Shown: one piece after another, positions 60,614-64,000 of the stretch | Numbering within the stretch: the first letter of the stretch is position 1 | How the letters are laid out: every line of letters begins with the position of its first letter | Source: Armatimonadota bacterium | GTDB taxonomy: Bacteria; Armatimonadota; SYMT01 | Assembly (NCBI GenBank): GCA_041690135.1 | Contig: JAWLHY010000014.1 | Span: forward strand, 1 to 64,000 | Length of the DNA stretch: 64,000 bases | Reading direction: 5' to 3' | Position numbers and translations under genes: made by a program | Notes under the pieces: generated by a model | The model's database searches: none | Seen by the model: the letters and a program-made list of their open reading frames with translations, nothing else | Told to the model about the DNA's origin: nothing

Positions 60614-60892
60614 GCGTCCGCCCTCCTCGCTCCCGGCCGCTCCCCGATTCCTCGACCGGGCTGCCGGCCCTCATCCTACCGCACCGCGCGAGGACATGGA
60701 AAGGCGTGTTACTGTAATGGTGGACATGTACGCGGATAGCCTGTCGAGTAGGTCTCGGTCGCACCCGCAGCGAACTGGAATATAATCGTTTTAGAATGAA
60801 CTAGCCTGAAAGTAACCGTTTTGGTACAGCGGTAAGCGATTTGGTACGGTAGCCACCGCTGATAACCCTCCCCATCCGAACCCGAGATCCCC

Positions 60893-62434
60893 ATGACGTA
60901 TTCCACACGTGCCGTCTCTACACCCGTGGGTCAACTGGCGCTCCACATGGATTTCGGCCTGAGCTGTCCGTTCCCTGCCGTGCAGAGTTACATCATTGCC
61001 GGCGCGAGGCGGACGCGGGAGGGGGAGACCCACACCCAGGAGTACTACCCGCCCCACTACAGCACGGATGGGACAGCAATCGGCAACTTGCGATTCGCTC
61101 TCAGACATGAGCCGCTCGATCTCGGTGTCATCCATAGATCCCTGCAAGCAATCGGTCCGGCCGGAATCGAGGCGTGGGTGCGGGCCGAGCCCACGGGTGA
61201 GTTCAGCCGGCGCGCCTGGTTCCTGTACGAAACGCTGACGGGAGAGACCCTCGACCTGGACCCCGTCCGCACGGGAAACTACGTCAACGCGCTTGATGAG
61301 AAGCGGCACTTCGTCGCCTCTTCGCGCAACTCCAGCCGGCACCGGGTGCGGGACAACCTCCTGGGAACCCGGCTCCTGTGCCCGACGATCCGGCGCACTC
61401 CAAAGCTGGAGGCGATGATCCGGGAACAGCTCTCCGAGGAGGTGAAGGCCCTCACGACCCACTACGCGCCCGAAGCCCTCGCGCGGGCGGTCAGCTTTCT
61501 CTATACGAAGGAAACCCGGTCCTCGTTCGCGATCGAAGGCGAAGCGCCCAGCGCCCAGCGCGAGGAGCGGTTCATCCAGGCGCTTCAGCGCATCGCCTCC
61601 TTTGACTCCGGCGACAAGGCCGCACTGATCCAACTCCAGCAGAGCATCGTTGACCCGCGCTACGCCGCGGACGACTGGCGGACCAACCAGAACTTCGTCG
61701 CCGAGACCACGCGCCACTTCGGCCAGCACGTGCACTTCATCTGCCCGCGCCCCCAGGACGTGCCTTCGCTGATGGAGGGCTGGATGGCGCTTACGGGACG
61801 GGTCCTGAGTGACCCCCTCGACCCGGTGCTCGCGGCAGCCGTCAGCGCTTTCGCCTTTGTCTTCATCCACCCGTTCGAAGACGGCAACGGGCGCATCCAC
61901 CGGTTCGTGATCCACGACGTTCTTGCCAAGCGGGGCTTCAGCCCGCCGGGGGTGATCTTCCCGGTGAGCGCCGCCATCCTGCGCCAGCGACATCTCTACG
62001 ACCAGGCCCTGGATGCATTCTCCCGGCCCCTGCTGCCGGCGATCGAGTGGCGCTGGACACCCCAAAGTGAAATCGTGGTCGAGAACGACACCCTCGACCT
62101 CTACCGGTTTTTCGATGCAACCGTGCAGGCCGAGTACCTGTACGATCGTGTTGCCGAGACGATTCGGGTGGATCTGAAGGAAGAACTGGAGTTCCTGGAG
62201 GTCTACGATGCCGCATACCAGGCCGTAGTCGCCATTGTGGACATGCCGAACCGACGCGCGGCGCTCCTGGTAAAGATGCTCCTGCAGAACGGGGGCCGCC
62301 TGTCGAAGAACAAACGGAAGCAGTTCGCGGAACTCACGGATGAGGAGATCGAGCGGATGGAGAATGCCATCCAAGAGATCCTCCGCACGTCGTCCGAAAA
62401 CTCTCCGTCGCGCCACCCTCATGCAGCAACTTGA
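60893..62434 (+). CDS. Fic family protein (canonical AMPylase motif)
   Basis: HPFEDGNGRIHR; KETRSSFAIEGE; FALRHE; VDMP C-terminal region. Confidence 0.93.
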   Translation: MTYSTRAVSTPVGQLALHMDFGLSCPFPAVQSYIIAGARRTREGETHTQEYYPPHYSTDGTAIGNLRFALRHEPLDLGVIHRSLQAIGPAGIEAWVRAEPTGEFSRRAWFLYETLTGETLDLDPVRTGNYVNALDEKRHFVASSRNSSRHRVRDNLLGTRLLCPTIRRTPKLEAMIREQLSEEVKALTTHYAPEALARAVSFLYTKETRSSFAIEGEAPSAQREERFIQALQRIASFDSGDKAALIQLQQSIVDPRYAADDWRTNQNFVAETTRHFGQHVHFICPRPQDVPSLMEGWMALTGRVLSDPLDPVLAAAVSAFAFVFIHPFEDGNGRIHRFVIHDVLAKRGFSPPGVIFPVSAAILRQRHLYDQALDAFSRPLLPAIEWRWTPQSEIVVENDTLDLYRFFDATVQAEYLYDRVAETIRVDLKEELEFLEVYDAAYQAVVAIVDMPNRRAALLVKMLLQNGGRLSKNKRKQFAELTDEEIERMENAIQEILRTSSENSPSRHPHAAT

Positions 62435-62858
62435 CCAGACGCTTTCGCAGGGTGCAATCGAGGAACGCACCGGTTGTACCGCTTCTCCAGGCGTTGCGGA
62501 TGCGCGGCTGAGTGCGCTGGAGCGGGCGCGGGAGGCAGATCGCGCGTGGCGGGCGGAACACGTTGAGCGGCTTCGGAAGAGGATCGCCAGAGCCCCCACA
62601 TTCGCAGGGGCCATCGGTATATTGGTCTCCGCTGGGATGTTGCTCGGGTACATCTGCACGGATATCGGGCGGGGCGTTCCCGGCGGGGGCGTTACGCTAT
62701 GGCAGTTTCTCTTCCACTTCTCGATCTTACCGATTCAGATTACGGTAAGTGTGGGCGGTACTCTCTGGCAAGACAGGTTGAAGAAGGAGTTGGCGCAGTT
62801 TGAGGAGCATCCGCATCCTCACCCCGCGGAGCCGCACCTCGACCCACCAGTCGCTTAA
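62421..62858 (+). CDS. Two-TM hypothetical protein (paralog family)
   Basis: LERAREADRAWRAEH motif, two TM helices, RLKKELAQFEE. Confidence 0.7.
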   Translation: MQQLDQTLSQGAIEERTGCTASPGVADARLSALERAREADRAWRAEHVERLRKRIARAPTFAGAIGILVSAGMLLGYICTDIGRGVPGGGVTLWQFLFHFSILPIQITVSVGGTLWQDRLKKELAQFEEHPHPHPAEPHLDPPVA

Positions 62859-62918
62859 CCCCCAGCGTGGACGGCCCTCATTGGATGGCTGGTCCGGACG
62901 TTGGAGCCCCCGGTCCCG

Positions 62919-63383
62919 ATGCAACAGCACGAATCACTCCACGAGCCGGACGCGGTCATCAACCTGGGGTTAGACCCTCCGGCAAGGGGCACGGTCGAAG
63001 CTTCGCGGGGTGATCGCCTGGAGGATGCCCGTGCCAGGGACCGGCTCTGGCGGAAGCAGCAACGGACCCGTCTGGAGAAGCGGATCCGGCGGACCACCAG
63101 GATCTACATGCCCTCCATCAGCATCCTGGTCTATGGACTGGTTTCCATGGGTTTCCGGTGGTTCGACCTGGATGTTCTGGGAGGGTATGGCTTTCCATTC
63201 ACACTCGCCAATCCCGTGCGCGATGCCACCGACTTCACGAGATCCGTGCTACTTTTGGGCGGCTACATCCTGGTGGCCGGGCTGGGCAACTGGATCGTCC
63301 TGGAGCTTGTGCTGCACTGGAGCGGGCGCCTGGAGCGGGAACTGGCGGAGTACGAGGACCCGGAAGAGGCTGCCGAATCTTGA
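62919..63383 (+). CDS. Two-TM hypothetical protein (paralog family)
   Basis: LEDARARDRLWRKQQ motif, two TM helices, RLERELAEYED. Confidence 0.72.
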   Translation: MQQHESLHEPDAVINLGLDPPARGTVEASRGDRLEDARARDRLWRKQQRTRLEKRIRRTTRIYMPSISILVYGLVSMGFRWFDLDVLGGYGFPFTLANPVRDATDFTRSVLLLGGYILVAGLGNWIVLELVLHWSGRLERELAEYEDPEEAAES

Positions 63384-63447
63384 AGCGCCCTCCGGCATCT
63401 ATAGTGAACATGTTGCGGGCCTGTTACGTCAGGGAGTACGCAGGCCG

Positions 63448-63941
63448 AGAGGCAGAAGGCAGAAGGCAGTCGGCGGTAAGCAGCGAGGCTCATCCCAGGG
63501 CGGGATGGATTGGGGTGAGGATAAGGATAACGAAGAGGATAAGGATAAGGATCCCGCGTAAGGACGGCTTCCCTGACCAGGGGGCGAGTGGATTAGGACG
63601 AGGATAAGGATAAGGAGTCCCGGTCCAGGACGGGTGCCCTGACCAGGGGGCTTGCCGCGTCGCTCACAGGATCAAGACAATACAGAGGCACTTCGACGAA
63701 AGGCTCATCTGGGCTGAGAAGTTGGATCCGGTACACCGCTCCTCGCAATGACGATCTTGGGCATTGCCCGAATGCCTGACCGCCCGGCCCTCTGAAACAG
63801 CACCCCATCCCGCCCCACACCTTTACGCAACACGCAATACGCATCACGTTTCACGTTTCACGCATCAATGCGAGGCGCCCCTTCTGCCCCGGCACCAACC
63901 CCTCGCACGTACGCTTACGCATCACGTACCACGCACTACGC
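63448..63941. repeat. Cluster of 6- and 7-mer tandem repeats
   Basis: (GGCAGAA)n; duplicated GAGGATAAGGATAAGGA...CCCTGACCAGGGG; (TACGCAA)/(TCACGTT)n. Confidence 0.8.
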
Positions 63942-64000
63942 CTATGTTCACCCACAAGCTCCGTTCCGCAGCCGCGCCCTTCTTGTTGCTGGGCAGCCTG

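Noticed and set aside
59534-63383. Prophage or integrative element
   Set aside because: No integrase, structural genes, transposase or att repeats are visible

Overview
High-GC bacterial chromosome window, probably Armatimonadota or another lineage with a Planctomycete-like gene repertoire (inferred from an H-X9-DG prepilin, STN-domain proteins, DUF1592/DUF1552 and DUF1549/DUF1553/DUF1501 modules, and several sulfatases). It opens with the 3' end of an rRNA operon (23S end, 5S, terminator). It then carries about 45 protein genes, including a SBBP+FN3 surface protein, a DUF4139 protein, a tricorn-like S41 protease, HEAT-repeat proteins, ppsA, an Rnl1-type RNA ligase and a Fic protein. Main observations: (1) two ORFs at 43326-44426 are probably one selenoprotein with an in-frame Cys-UGA, a SELENON-like context and a SECIS-like hairpin; (2) an 18-19 nt hairpin micro-element sits at the same CCG^CC position inside REP-like palindromes, with empty and filled sites both visible; (3) short-period (6-9 nt) tandem repeats occur throughout and have added about 45-47 codons in frame to conserved DUF1549/DUF1553 domains; (4) three members of an unannotated two-TM paralog family; (5) a hidden 5'-truncated wHTH gene remnant. 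All family names come from motif recognition by eye; no database searches were run.
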